Position numbers and translations under genes: made by a program. From the NCBI RefSeq assembly GCF_001194135.2, contig NC_068991.1, positions 54,102,140-54,166,139 of the forward strand: a stretch of DNA of 64,000 nucleotides, written 5' to 3'. The DNA is from Octopus bimaculoides. Its lineage: Eukaryota. Positions 52,132 through 63,794 of the stretch are shown in pieces. The notes under the pieces are model-generated. The model saw only the letters and a list, made by a program, of their open reading frames with translations. It was not told the origin of the DNA and ran no database searches. Each line of letters starts with the position of its first letter. The stretch's first letter is position 1.

Positions 52132-52503
52132 TTATTACCTCCACCTTAGCAAAGGTGGAGGTATTGTTTTCAGTCATATTTGTTTGTTTGTCCATGAACA
52201 AGGTGTCTCAAGAATCACTGGATGGATTCAGATGAAACTTTCAGGGATGTTTGGCCTCATGACTGGCATGAACTGATTAGATTTTGGGATCAGTCCGGTA
52301 CTGGACAAGGATTCTGGATTATTTTTCCTGTTTTTTTTACTCAATTTTTGAGAGCAGTCAGATTCATTTTTAGTATTCTCTTTTGTGAGAGCAGTTGAGT
52401 CTATTTCAGATATTCTCATTTTAAAAATCATCCCTGGCTAATCTTTGAGAAGTCATTGGTATTGCCTTGGTGGAAGTTTGCGCTCTCTGAGTGCTCTTGT
52501 TGT
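52132..52503 (+). mobile_element. DINE-1/HINE-like element, apparently complete
   Basis: 5' hairpin cctccacctt-agca-aaggtggagg (52138-52161), (GTTT)n, 3' subterminal inverted repeat ccttggtggaag (52465-52476), 3' hairpin gcgctc-tct-gagtgc, T-rich insertion site. Confidence 0.7.
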
Positions 52504-54991
52504 AATGCTTTTTTTTCACTTTGTACGTTTTCTTTTTTTATATCATACCAGATTATTCGTGAGTTGTGGGTGTTAGCTTTAACTATGTAATTGTGGGTGG
52601 GGGGTGGGTTCTGTGTCCCTCTATATGCATGTACTAAGCACCAGGTGTTTGGCTAACTTGCAAGGACTTGGTCTCTAGTTTAGTGTTTTGTTTATTTTGT
52701 GTGGTCATCTTTCTCCCATGGACATAATTTTCATCAGTATGTAGACGTTCCTCATAGGAGCTATATTTAATAATTCTTGATTTGAAAAGGTCTCTGGTCA
52801 GGAGTTTAATTTAGAAACCTTACCTGTAACCTACTGTTCTTCCCATTTTACCTGTAAATCTGTTTATATTCTGAGAGTTGTTCTGTTTCATTGATATGTG
52901 CTTGTTTATCAATCATTTATATACATTTTATTTTTGTGGTCTTTTATGATTATATCAAATTTATTAGCCTAGACCTCTGTATTAACATACATAGTGTTGG
53001 CACTTAGTTTTCTTATGTAATTTTTTTTACGATTATTTCACTATTCTATCTTCACAACACCCAAGAATGTGTTTAGTGAATCTACTTACCTGCATGTTGT
53101 GCCCATCTGTGCGTCTGTGATATTTGATTTGATGACTATTGGAGTGTTTTCCAGATGCTCACAACACTCTTATATCCTGGACTCAGTCACATCACCCCAT
53201 AAAGTATTAGCAGAAGTGATGAATGACAGCAATTTAAGAATTGCATTGTATACAGCCAAGGAAAGATTCCAGAAGCATTTTTGGTGGGTTTGCATGTCTA
53301 GGCTTAAAATTTTTTACATCTCTGGCCAATTGATGCAAATGATGAGTTCTTGCTGGTAATAATAAATTCTCAAAGTATGACATGGCAGATAACCAGCAAT
53401 ATATGAAGTGTAGTGAGCTCAAAGGAACAAAGTAAATCCTGCATTCAATTCTCATTGTCAATTAAAGAGAGACTACTGTTGTTTTATGCTTTGGATGGTA
53501 GCAACCAATCGGCCAAAATAATTCTGGTATTAATGTAGAGATAGCAGCATTGCTGGAATCATTGTGCTTCAAGAGTAGTTTTACAGGCCTGGATGTGCTG
53601 CTGTTAGTTAGACTTGCCCAAGATGTTCAGTAGTAAATAAGAATTGTTGACTTGTGGAATTATTTCAAACAGCTGTTATTGTCTGTTGGGCTGATTCACT
53701 CATTCTCCAAAACCATTGTAAAAAATCACTCCTACCAGTTTCCTTTGGCATGTGCCAGCACCATGTAAAAAGCACCCATGCTGGTGCCATGTAAAAAGCA
53801 CCCATATCTATGCCACTTAATAAGCACATCGTACATTCTGTAAAGTGGTTGGCATAACAAAGGGCATCCAGCCATAGAAACCAAACCAAAACGGATGACT
53901 AGATCCTGGTGCAGCTCTCTGCTTTACCAGCTCCTGTCATACCATTCAACCCATGCCAGCTCGGGAAACAGACATTAAATGATGATGATGATATGATCAA
54001 ACACAAGCCTGTCTTCTTCATTTAAGAGCTCCTACCCCAGATTGTGTTATCACCCATGGTAGCTCTCCATAAAACACAGTTTTTCCACTACTAACTCCAT
54101 CTACTGGATTGCATGCAAGCTCAACCTATATGTTACAGATTGGTGGAATGAGGCACCTGTTATGTAACAGCACCAGTTCAGACTTTCTAGATGCAATACA
54201 TAAACAATCTATTTTATGAATGTTAAATTGTTTTTTGTTTTCTTTTGACTACCACAAGTTTCTCTACAAATCTTCACATTTTATTTTATATTATTTGTTG
54301 TGCTGGTGTCACATTAAAAGCATTGGTGCTGGTGCCACATAAAAAGCACTGGTGCTGGTGATGCATAAGAAGCACTGGTGCTGGTGCTATGTAAAATGCA
54401 CCCAGTACACTTTGCAAAGTGGTTGGTATTAGGAAGAGCATCCAGCTGTAGAAACCATGCCGAAACAGACTATAGAACCTGGTATGTACCCTGGCCTTGC
54501 CAGCTCCTGTCAAACAGTCCAACCCATGCCAACATGAAAAATGAATGTTAAATGATGATGATGATGATAATGATGATGAAATCTCTACTCTAAGACATTA
54601 CACTTCCATTCTCTTTGCAGCACTGAAACAATCTATTTTATGAATGTTGTTAAACAGTAATTATTTTTTTTCCCCTGACACTGACTACCACAAGGTTTTC
54701 ACAAACCTTACATTTCATTGTATATTACTTAGGAAATTTGCAATCCATTTTCAAATGAGATTATCCAGTTGAAGATTTTATAGTTTATCCTGTTAGTGTT
54801 AAACCAGCCATGTCTGGTCCAAATATTCTACCTGTTTTATGTTCAAAATGGCTAGATCCAGCCTCTCACACCTATCTTACAATGTCATTCTAAATATAAA
54901 CAATCAGATAGTTGAAATTTCAAAACTACACGGTAATATATGATTTATTCAAAATAATGTGAATAAATTAGCATTGCTTTTGATGGAGTAA

Positions 54992-55310
54992 CTGTAACTA
55001 ACTGTCACTCTATCTGTTACAACACCAAAGGTTCCATTTGATCTGATCAACAGAACTGCCTGCTTATGAAATTAATGTACAAGTGGCTGACTACTACCCT
55101 GAACATAGTTCTCAGGGAGATTCAGCTTGACACAGAATGTGACATGGTTGACCTTTAAAATACAGGTAGTACTCATTTTTTTCAGCTGAGTGGACTGGAG
55201 CAACATGAAATGAAGTGTCTTGCTCAGGGACACAACACACCACCAGGAATCAAACTCATGCCCTTTTGATCATGAGCTAAATACTCTAACCAGTAAGCCG
55301 TGCACCTTCA
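54992..55310 (-). mobile_element. tRNA/CORE-like SINE nested inside a TTAA MITE
   Basis: The MITE sequence is interrupted and resumes; degenerate duplication tttgatggagtaa (54979-54991) and tttgtcagagtaa (55311-55323). Confidence 0.7.
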
Positions 55311-55873
55311 TTTGTCAGAGTAATCTGAATGTTAAAGGGTTATACGCCATTTTCAATGAAACATCTGGATTAATGGGGAATCTATAGTCTGCAGAATTCA
55401 TTCTTAGATAGTATTATTTTACATAGAGGTGCGCATATATATCTTTTTATGAAGACCAATTGATCTCTCTCTCCTCCTCTCGTTTCCTAAACCATCTTAC
55501 ATGTTGCTATTTCCCATCATTTTAATTATGGAACATTAATTAGTCCAAATTCATTTGCTGAATTTTTTTTTTCTTTTTTTTCCCCCCTGTTTCCTGTATG
55601 TCTAGTGGAGTCTGTCTGTGTGTCAGAAGAGATGAGGCTTTGTTCAAACGTTCAGAAAAGCATATCACCTGAAAGGAGACAAAAAGTAGGACTACTATGT
55701 AGGTACCATGCTAACGCAAATGACAATGAAGGAATTCTTTATACTTTCATTCATTTCGTTTCCTTATCCTATATATATATATCTCCATGTCTCTATTATT
55801 AATCTTCACGCCCATTTCTCTCTTTTACTAATAACATAATTAAACAGATTCCTTACTTTTTTCTTCTTGTTAG

Positions 55874-55951
55874 CTGGTCGAATTGGCAGTGGTCGTTTTG
55901 ACCGTGGCGAAAGAGATGACCGCCAGAGGGGTGAAGCCCCTGGAACCAAAG
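55874..55951 (+). CDS. CCDC9: CCDC9-like exon (A-GRIGSGRFDRGERDDRQRGEAPGTK)
   Basis: Polypyrimidine tract plus gttag acceptor; AAG|gtacct donor; 78 nt, phase 1-1; RG/RD-rich. Confidence 0.85.
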
Positions 55952-56047
55952 GTACCTGCATCAACTGTTTAAGTTTATCTGATGCTGGATATTTGCTGCA
56001 TGTGTTCTTCTTATGTTTAAAAAAAAAACTGTTTGTTTGTGGTTTGC

Positions 56048-56081
<34 letters not shown>

Positions 56082-56635
56082 TCAAGTATACAAGCATGTT
56101 TACAGACACACAAATTATATAGGACATTTATGCAGTTACATTAGAGTGCTTGATGCATGTTTGTGACTATGTGTTAAATTATTTCCCACTTCACTCATAA
56201 ATATATATATGTGTGTCAGTGAAGTGGGAATTGATTAATAAGAGTTCCATACCCTGACTTTTATAGCCTTCATTCTTTCAGTTAAATCCCATGTTTTATT
56301 TTTTATTTCATAGATTTTCTGACATAATATTTTATTTAAAAAAAAAAGAAAGAAAAACATGTTTCATTTAAAAAAAAAACTTTCTGAGAATCAGCCACTT
56401 AATAAGTGTGTTTTTTTATATGCTCACTAAGAAAGAATTTTAAATAGAATATGTGATTTCAAAATCTCAAAAACATCTTGAGGCTATGAGAATTAATTTA
56501 GCTTAAAATTACAAAATTCTCCTCACAGAAATAAGGTGCCTAATAAAAAAAAAATGTTTGATTTATTGTAAATACTTAACCATTCCAATGAGAAAATTTA
56601 CTGCATGAAACTCAGGATTTGGATCTATTACTTGT

Positions 56636-56682
<47 letters not shown>

Positions 56683-57045
56683 TGTTTTCTTTCTCTTGTT
56701 TGTTTTCCTAGAATAGTGTATTCACACACACACACACACACAGAAATCAAAATACATAATCAGACAAGCAGATCTTTAGTGTGTTGGGGAGAAGTGTTAG
56801 GTTGTAAGAATAATTGAAGGAAAAGTGATACTGGGAAATGCAATTTGTAGAAGTGTTTTGACATCAAATCTACATTTATTAGAATTTGAAACATTTTAAA
56901 ATTAAATGTGAAATTTAATACATGACAGTTAAGCTAATATATTTTAATAACATTTAAGAAAATTTGTTTTTTCTCTTCATATCTTATCTGACTACAACAT
57001 TTGTTATTCTATATAAATCAATGCAAGAGAGTCATTCTCTTTTAG

Positions 57046-57240
57046 TACCTTATAATTTAACACACGCACCGGTAAAATTTCCACTTCTTTTTTATTTTTC
57101 TAAAATTTTCATTGCGTCTTGCAACCATTTCAATATTTTTGACTCTATTGAAAAGCTTGCAAGACGCAATGAAAATTTTAGGAAAATAAAAAAAGAAATA
57201 AGTGGAAACTTTACCAGTGAGTGTGTTAAATTATAAGGCA
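57046..57240. mobile_element. Foldback/hairpin MITE-like element
   Basis: Arms 57048-57124 and 57157-57238 are near-perfect reverse complements; inner stem tttcaata/tattgaaa. Confidence 0.8.
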
Positions 57241-57245
57241 CAACA

Positions 57246-57326
57246 GTATATAGATATAGATATATGTATATATAGATATATGTATGTATAGATATATATG
57301 TATATATAGATATATATGTAGATATA

Positions 57327-57401
<75 letters not shown>

Positions 57402-57520
57402 GATTATGCGAATAAGGGGTCCAACGTAGGTCATATGGAGATGTATCTGTATATATGTAGATATATATGTATCTATCTATATATATATATATATATAAGT
57501 ATATATATATGTATATATTA
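57246..57520. repeat. Compound (TA)n/(TATAGA)n microsatellite region
   Basis: Directly visible. Confidence 0.9.
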
Positions 57521-58958
57521 AGTATTAATAGAATACAGAAAACATGGTATTTTATGCTTTATAAAACATACGCGTGTTTCAACAAATTACTGCCAGGTTT
57601 ACATAATTGCTTGTTAATCTACATCTTCAGTGTTAACAAAAAATAAGACGAATAGTGTTAATGCTCAATATATATTCCATTATGTATATAAAACACGTAA
57701 TCACACTTGTACATGATTGTGTGCATGCACGCACACTCACACACACACACACACACACATACATAAACAAACAAACTCTCTTTGTTGTTCTCTCTTTCTG
57801 TTACTCACTCATACAGATGTTTATTGTTGAAATGTTTTTTCTAAATGATTTTGGTTTAAATTAGGATTGTTTGATTATTCATAATTCTGTTTCGCATTAT
57901 TTGTTGATGCATGCAAGTTTGATTTTCTGTTTGAATATTTTTTGCTATATTGTGCATCTTATTGGTTATTTGATAATGCTATTTCACAAAATCTAATTTT
58001 CTTAAGTTGTTGCATTTTATATGTGTGTGTGTGTGTATTCATTCTTAATTTATATATTTACTCACTTCAACATATAACTTGGATATTTGTTTTCTTTATT
58101 CACCTTATAGACAGTGTATTTTGTATTTCTTGTTCTCAAAAAAAATCTGTTTTGTTACTATGAAAAATATGAAATATACTCATTTTTTTCTTTCTTTTTA
58201 TTTTGCTCTCTGTATGTTGTTCAATTATGCATGGCTGACCAAATGTGTCTTTATATTCATATGGAATTATTAAATTGTAATATTAACCTCAAATCGTTAA
58301 GTGAACAGTTTTATAAATCTACAAATTATAGACCAAATGAAAAAAAGCAGCAAATATACAGGTATATATATATAAAAAAAAAATTACAGAATGAGATAAA
58401 AATTCAGGACTGTGAAAGATTTCAGAACATTTATAAATAGAATGTCTTACAGCTGTTTCCAGCATATTTTATATATCCCTTCATCGGAGACGGTGTGAGA
58501 AAATGGTTAAGCAATATTTATTCTAGATAAATGAAATAGAGAGTGAATTGGAGGAATGAAAATGGACATGAGATATGCCGGAATATTGTATCTGTAGTTC
58601 CATTATTTGGGCAGAATGGTATATATATAAGATTCCTGTATCTTGTGAGTTATACTCACACACACTCACACATATTGGTTGCTATTCCATTAAGGTAGGA
58701 TTAACTAACCATGTTCCCTGAGTTTGAAGATTGCTTGGAGATACAAAGCACGTTATAAACTTTCAAAAATACAAAGCACATTATAAAAATCAGAGTGTCT
58801 CCATTGCAATAAACTATTAGTAGCTCTTATTTTAAATTTTAATGTTGTGAACATTAAATGATGTATATGTGTATGTATACAGTTCTATATTTAAGAGATG
58901 AGGAAATATGTACATTATTTACAATTGACGGATATTTGTCCTCATCTTGTTTGTTGTT

Positions 58959-59004
58959 GACACAACGTTTCGGCTGATATACCTTCCAGCCTTCATCAGG
59001 TGTC
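58959..59004 (-). ncRNA. Minimal type I hammerhead ribozyme motif
   Basis: GACAC-CUGAUGA-A-GGCUG(gaagguauau)CAGCC-GAAA-CGU-U^GUGUC: 5-bp stem I, 5-bp stem II, palindromic ACGU stem III. Confidence 0.75.
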
Positions 59005-59244
59005 TTGGGAAAATTTCAAACCTGGGTTCTCATTCCTAAGGTATTTTTTGATGTTATTATTATGATTATTATTATTCAGGTCACTGCCTGGAATCGAACT
59101 AGGAATCTTGGGGTTAGTAGCCCATGCTCTTAACCACTATGCCATATGCCCACAAGCAGTGACTTGAATAATAATAATCATAATAATAATAATAACATCA
59201 AAAAATACCTTAGGAATGAGAGCCCAGGTTCGAAATTTCCCCAA

Positions 59245-59290
59245 GACACCTGAAGAAGACTGGAAGGTATATCAGCCGAAACGTTGTGTT
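59245..59290 (+). ncRNA. Second hammerhead copy, slightly degenerate, sense to the host gene
   Basis: GACAC-CUGAAGA-A-GACUG...CAGCC-GAAA-CGU-U^GUGUU; one A-C mismatch in stem II and a G-U pair at the end of stem I. Confidence 0.6.
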
Positions 59291-62200
59291 AACAACAAAC
59301 AAGATGAGGACAAATATCTGTCAAATGTAAATAATGTGTATGTATGTTTGTCTATATCGGTAATTGGCCCCAATGTTGGATGAATCTCATCCAATATGGA
59401 AAAAGTTGCAAAATTACTACATGAAATCGTTAGTGGCATTAATTGTTAATTCACAAATAAGGAGTATCTACCAAATGCAGTGTTGAGCACTTGTTTTCAC
59501 TGTTTGCCACTATTGTACATCTATATAGATAGAGGGAAGAGACAGGCTGTTGGTTTGTTAGTGACTGGAAAATGTTATGACCAAACCATTAGATGAGTTT
59601 CTTTTCAATAGAATCTTTAGCTTATGTGTAAGCATATCTGTCATGTAAGTGGCAACTGTTCAGAGCTAGTGTATTTTCTAACTTTGAAAATCAAGCATAG
59701 AAACAGTTTTAGTTAGTTCTGGGGAGTGTTGATGTTTGAGAAAAGTTTGAGACTTTTAGGGGTGTGTGTCCTTGCCCATCACCACTTGACAACCAATGTT
59801 GGTTTGTCTATGTTCCCATGGTTTAATGCTATGGCAAAGAGACCAGTAGAATCAGTACCAGACTTGCAAAATACTGCGGTCGATTCCTTCAGCTAAACCT
59901 CTCAAGGCAGTGCTCCATCATGGCCACAGTCCAATTACTGAAACAAGTGTAAAAAAAAAAATTAAAGAAATTTCCAAAAGAAGGGAGCATTTAATTTCAG
60001 CAAGTTGTTGTTGAATGAATTGTATGGATGGCATAGGGAAACTTGTGTGGTTATGAAAAAGCATTTAAGTAATTAAATACATGAAGAAATGAAAAAGTGT
60101 GAAGTCCTAACATGTATTTATGTCAAACTACTTGTTTACTTGTTAAACAGGTTATTAGTAATGACTGCTGTTTATCAACTGTGAGAATGATGTAATTGTA
60201 TGAGGACGGTGTAGATATGAAGCCAATCAAATGAGTTGTCATAAGAGTTATTAAAGCAAAGACAAGATGAAGAGGAAAATCTATTTGCTCCGGAGAGAGA
60301 GAAATTGTGTGAGTTGAGTTCGAAGTGACAGAAAGATTTTTATAAAAAGAGAAAAGATTTGGGGAGTGAGAGTGTTATATATTGCATTAAAATTGATAGG
60401 TTGGACATGGGAGAAAATGTTACTAATGTACATAAATGAATTATTTACATTTCTATACATATTTCTGTGTTTTGTTGTGTTTATATTGATTAATTCTTCA
60501 AGTTTATATCAATTTGGTTGTCTTGGCAGCATTTGAAAATTAAGAAATAAATTGTTAGAATTCATAATTTATTATCAAAGAATAATGTTTTTGTCAAGAA
60601 GTCTTTGGTCTGATAGAGATAGCACTGCTGCTGTTCCACAGTTTTCCTTGTCTCCTGTGCATGAGGATTAACGACCATTAATAATCAAATTCCTCAAGTA
60701 GTTGGCTCCTTTTGTATTGAGCTATTTTTGATATGCATTTGATTATTTCCATCAGCATGCTATATCTAAACTTTCTCTGTTATGCAATAAACAAAAGATC
60801 AAGTATTTCCATTACAACACTTCACAGCCTGAGACTTCTTCTTTAAGCACATTTTGTATGGGATACATTTGCACTAAAAACATCTTTATAGAACATCATC
60901 TTTTACCTATGGTTTTATGTAATAATTAACCTGTGCAATATATGATGTTAGTTCTTGTTTTCCCGAAACTAGTTACTGTTTTGCCACATTTTAATATTTA
61001 TGTAGTGGCCTCGTAGTTAAGGTGTTGTACTCATGATCTCTAGATCCTGGGCTCGATTCCTGGACCAAGTAGTGCATTGTGTTCTTGAGTAAAACACTTC
61101 ATTTCATGTTACTCCAGTCCAGTCCACTCAGTTGTAAATGGGTAACCCTGCAATTGACTAGCTTTTTGATCAGGGGAAGGTTGGCCTGCTTGCATAGCCA
61201 GCAGGGTGGCATCATTTGAAAGCTAAAATGATACAAGGCACATTGTGACTAGTGGCATATAACAAGATCTGATAGTCTGGTCAATCACAATAATGTGATT
61301 AAGTACTAAGAGTACAAGGTATATAAAGAGCATTATGAGGAGGAAAGATAAATAGCAAATGCTCAAGGAAGTTCAAAGGCAAACTGGTTTGATAACATCA
61401 AGGACTGGACTAAACTATCTTATGGTGATTGTGTATGAAGGCTGAGAAAAACTCAAATGAAGATCCTTGATATTGAACCTGCTGAGAGTAAATAACAGCT
61501 GATAATAATAAACTAAACAAAACTAAACATTGTACATTAACCTAAGTAACAAGATAAAATATTTTCTTTTAAAAACTAATTCATTTTAGTGGTTCAAATA
61601 GTTTAGAATATTTAAATTTATTAATAATGCTACATTGGTAGATTAATTCCTTCTTAGACCATCATGTTTCAGAATTTAATATTAATTGTGGCATATTACT
61701 TTACAATTAAGAATCTTTGTGATCTCAAGTGCAACTCACCATCCTTATTTAATGTTCTTATTCCATGTTGGCATAAACTGATGAACAATAGGCTGCACCA
61801 AGCTCCACTTGTCTGTTTTAGCATAGTTTCTGCAGCTGGATGCCCTTCCTAATGCCAACCATTTTACAGAGTGTACTGGGTGCTTCTTTTCATGGCCCCA
61901 TCACTGGTGATATCATTGAGTACCCACAAGACAAAACCTCAACTCAGTGGGGTGTAGGACTGAAATTATGGTAGAGAGACAGGAGCAAGTGTCTTGCTGA
62001 AGAGGTGGATACATGTCTTTCCTATCTAGAAAGAGAGAGAGAGAGAGAGATGATGAGATATTTAAATAAAGCTCATTTTTGGAATGTTGCTTACAGACTC
62101 TAAATCATTAAATTATTTTGATACAAAAATTTGATGCCATTTCACCTCGTTTGTAATTAGCATGCCTAAGTGTGTTTTACATAATGTACGGTATACTTTT

Positions 62201-63284
62201 AAATCTAGTCACATATTTATTTATTTGCAACTATATATTGACTCTATAATGTCACTCTTTTTATAATTAGTTCATATGCAGCATTATACATTTTGGTTGT
62301 CATCTTGAATTTTGTGTCTGGAATAACTGGAATTGTTAACTAATAATAATCGTAGCAATTATCGTCAAACAATATATACTTCTAAAATAATGATTTTTAT
62401 CTCAGAAAAATAGTTACAGAAATCTATTTCTTGTAATGTCGGGTTTTTCATTTTTTCCTTTTTTTTTTTTTCTTCTTTGAAGTCTTTTCTTTTTTGGTTC
62501 ATCTAAGTTCTGTAACTAATATTTGATATTTGTAATAGCTTCAGTTATGAGTAATAATAACTAGTAAATATTAATTTATGTGTTCTTAATGCATTACTTA
62601 CATTTATATATTATGGTTTTTGGTATTGGCCCATAATTTGGAGGAAAAAAAAAACATGTTCATACTCAGTGAGAATTGAACCAGGAATGTCACTAAATAC
62701 CACAGGTTTTTATTTATTTATTTATTCCCCCCCTCCCCCCGTTCCAGTGCTTTACTAGTTTTATGATACATCTTCTGTATTGACAAATCATAATATTGCT
62801 TACCTACTGTTGTTCCACTCACACTCTTTATAGCTTACTTATAACAAATCTTAACTGCCATTTTGGGGAATATTAGTTAACTTGATCTCATTTCAGACAC
62901 CTTGATGTGGACTCAAATGTATGTATGTTTATAGGATGTTTCATTTTTTTTTTTATTAATATTTTCATGGGTAAATAGTTTTGGGTTTTTTTTTTTTTTT
63001 GTATTTCTGAGATCTTTTTAGACTTTTGAATATTTCTAGCTGGGAATTGAAATGTTATAAAAGTTAGCAAACTGTGACAAATGCTTTATATTTGGTGAGT
63101 ATCAATTTGTATGAGAATTAATCTATAATATTTTGACTTATATCCAAAACAAAATATATTTAAATATCTGCTATATGTGTTGCTTTTGTTTCTCTTTTAA
63201 TATTCTTCCATTTTGCCCTTTTTTGTAAACCTGCAAAACGTTTTTATTATATTGTAAATATTGCAGTAGTTTCTTGCCCTGCAG

Positions 63285-63317
63285 AAGTGGTTGAATTGAA
63301 GCGCCCTAGCCGAATAG
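63285..63317 (+). CDS. CCDC9: CCDC9-like micro-exon (E-VVELKRPSRI)
   Basis: cctgcag acceptor, TAG|gtaggt donor, 33 nt, phase 1-1, open; in-frame upstream AGs end at 63266 and 63269. Confidence 0.65.
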
Positions 63318-63794
63318 GTAGGTGTTAATTAGATTAATATATGTTTCTGTCATAACTAATTACACAATCATTTATTTTTCTTTTCAAACAACAATATCAC
63401 CATCAACATTATCGTTACCATTTAACATTCTCCTTGCTGGCAAGGGTTGGATGTTTCAACTGAAACTGGCAAGCTAGAAGACCATGCAAAGCTCCATTGT
63501 CAGCTTCTGCATAGTTTCTGTGGCAGGATGCCCTTCTTAACATCACCCACTTTACAGAGTGTATTGAATGTACATGAATAAATTCCACTTTTAAAATGAT
63601 AGATTTTTAAAAATTTAATAGCAATCTCGTTGAACTTTTTCAAATTCACAACTACTGTGAGTATTAGTAACTGTTTATTACACAGAACTAAACTCTACTT
63701 TAATCTTGTTATAAGTGACTTAAAGTTGATAGTGGTGTTTATGTGTTTGTTTTATGTCTATTTTCCCAAGCTAGCTTTGGGTTAGATCTTATTC

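Larger units (their letters stand above)
58879..59337 (-). mobile_element. tRNA-Ser-headed, hammerhead-bearing SINE-like element (59153 to 58880) with an inverted partial duplicate (59156-59337)
   Basis: A box TGGCATAGTGG (59134-59144) and B box GTTCGATTCC (59090-59099). Arms 58912-59087 and 59156-59337 are ~95% reverse-complementary. Flanking direct repeat atgtgtatgtat. Confidence 0.85.
1327..63317 (+). other. CCDC9: CCDC9-family (coiled-coil domain-containing protein 9-like) gene span, partial at both ends
   Basis: Twelve AG/GT-bounded exons join into one open frame. Its motifs match recalled human CCDC9: EEIRKKNEALRKRHE|EIEADKRQAE (vs EALRRKNEALIRRYQEIEEDRKKAE), YNFLADRRR, RRHPKNYGGIDF (vs RRHGRNWGGPDF), and MSISMTGRERRQYMEWKAERDRVDKERIERQKSASGEWRREWDAEK. 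The first exon seen has an acceptor, and no stop codon is reached by 63317. Confidence 0.9.

Noticed and set aside
52520-53680. Possible decayed LINE or Penelope coding remnants
   Set aside because: Only vague motif resemblance; no diagnostic residues could be read, so it is left unclassified.
59079-59153. tRNA gene calls for this and other A/B-box segments (e.g. 16760-16836, 35370-35460)
   Set aside because: No complete cloverleaf or acceptor stem; each is fused to a repeat body, so they are SINE heads.
60180-60480. CCAAT/TATA-containing LTR-like patch
   Set aside because: No defined termini, TSD or second copy in the window.
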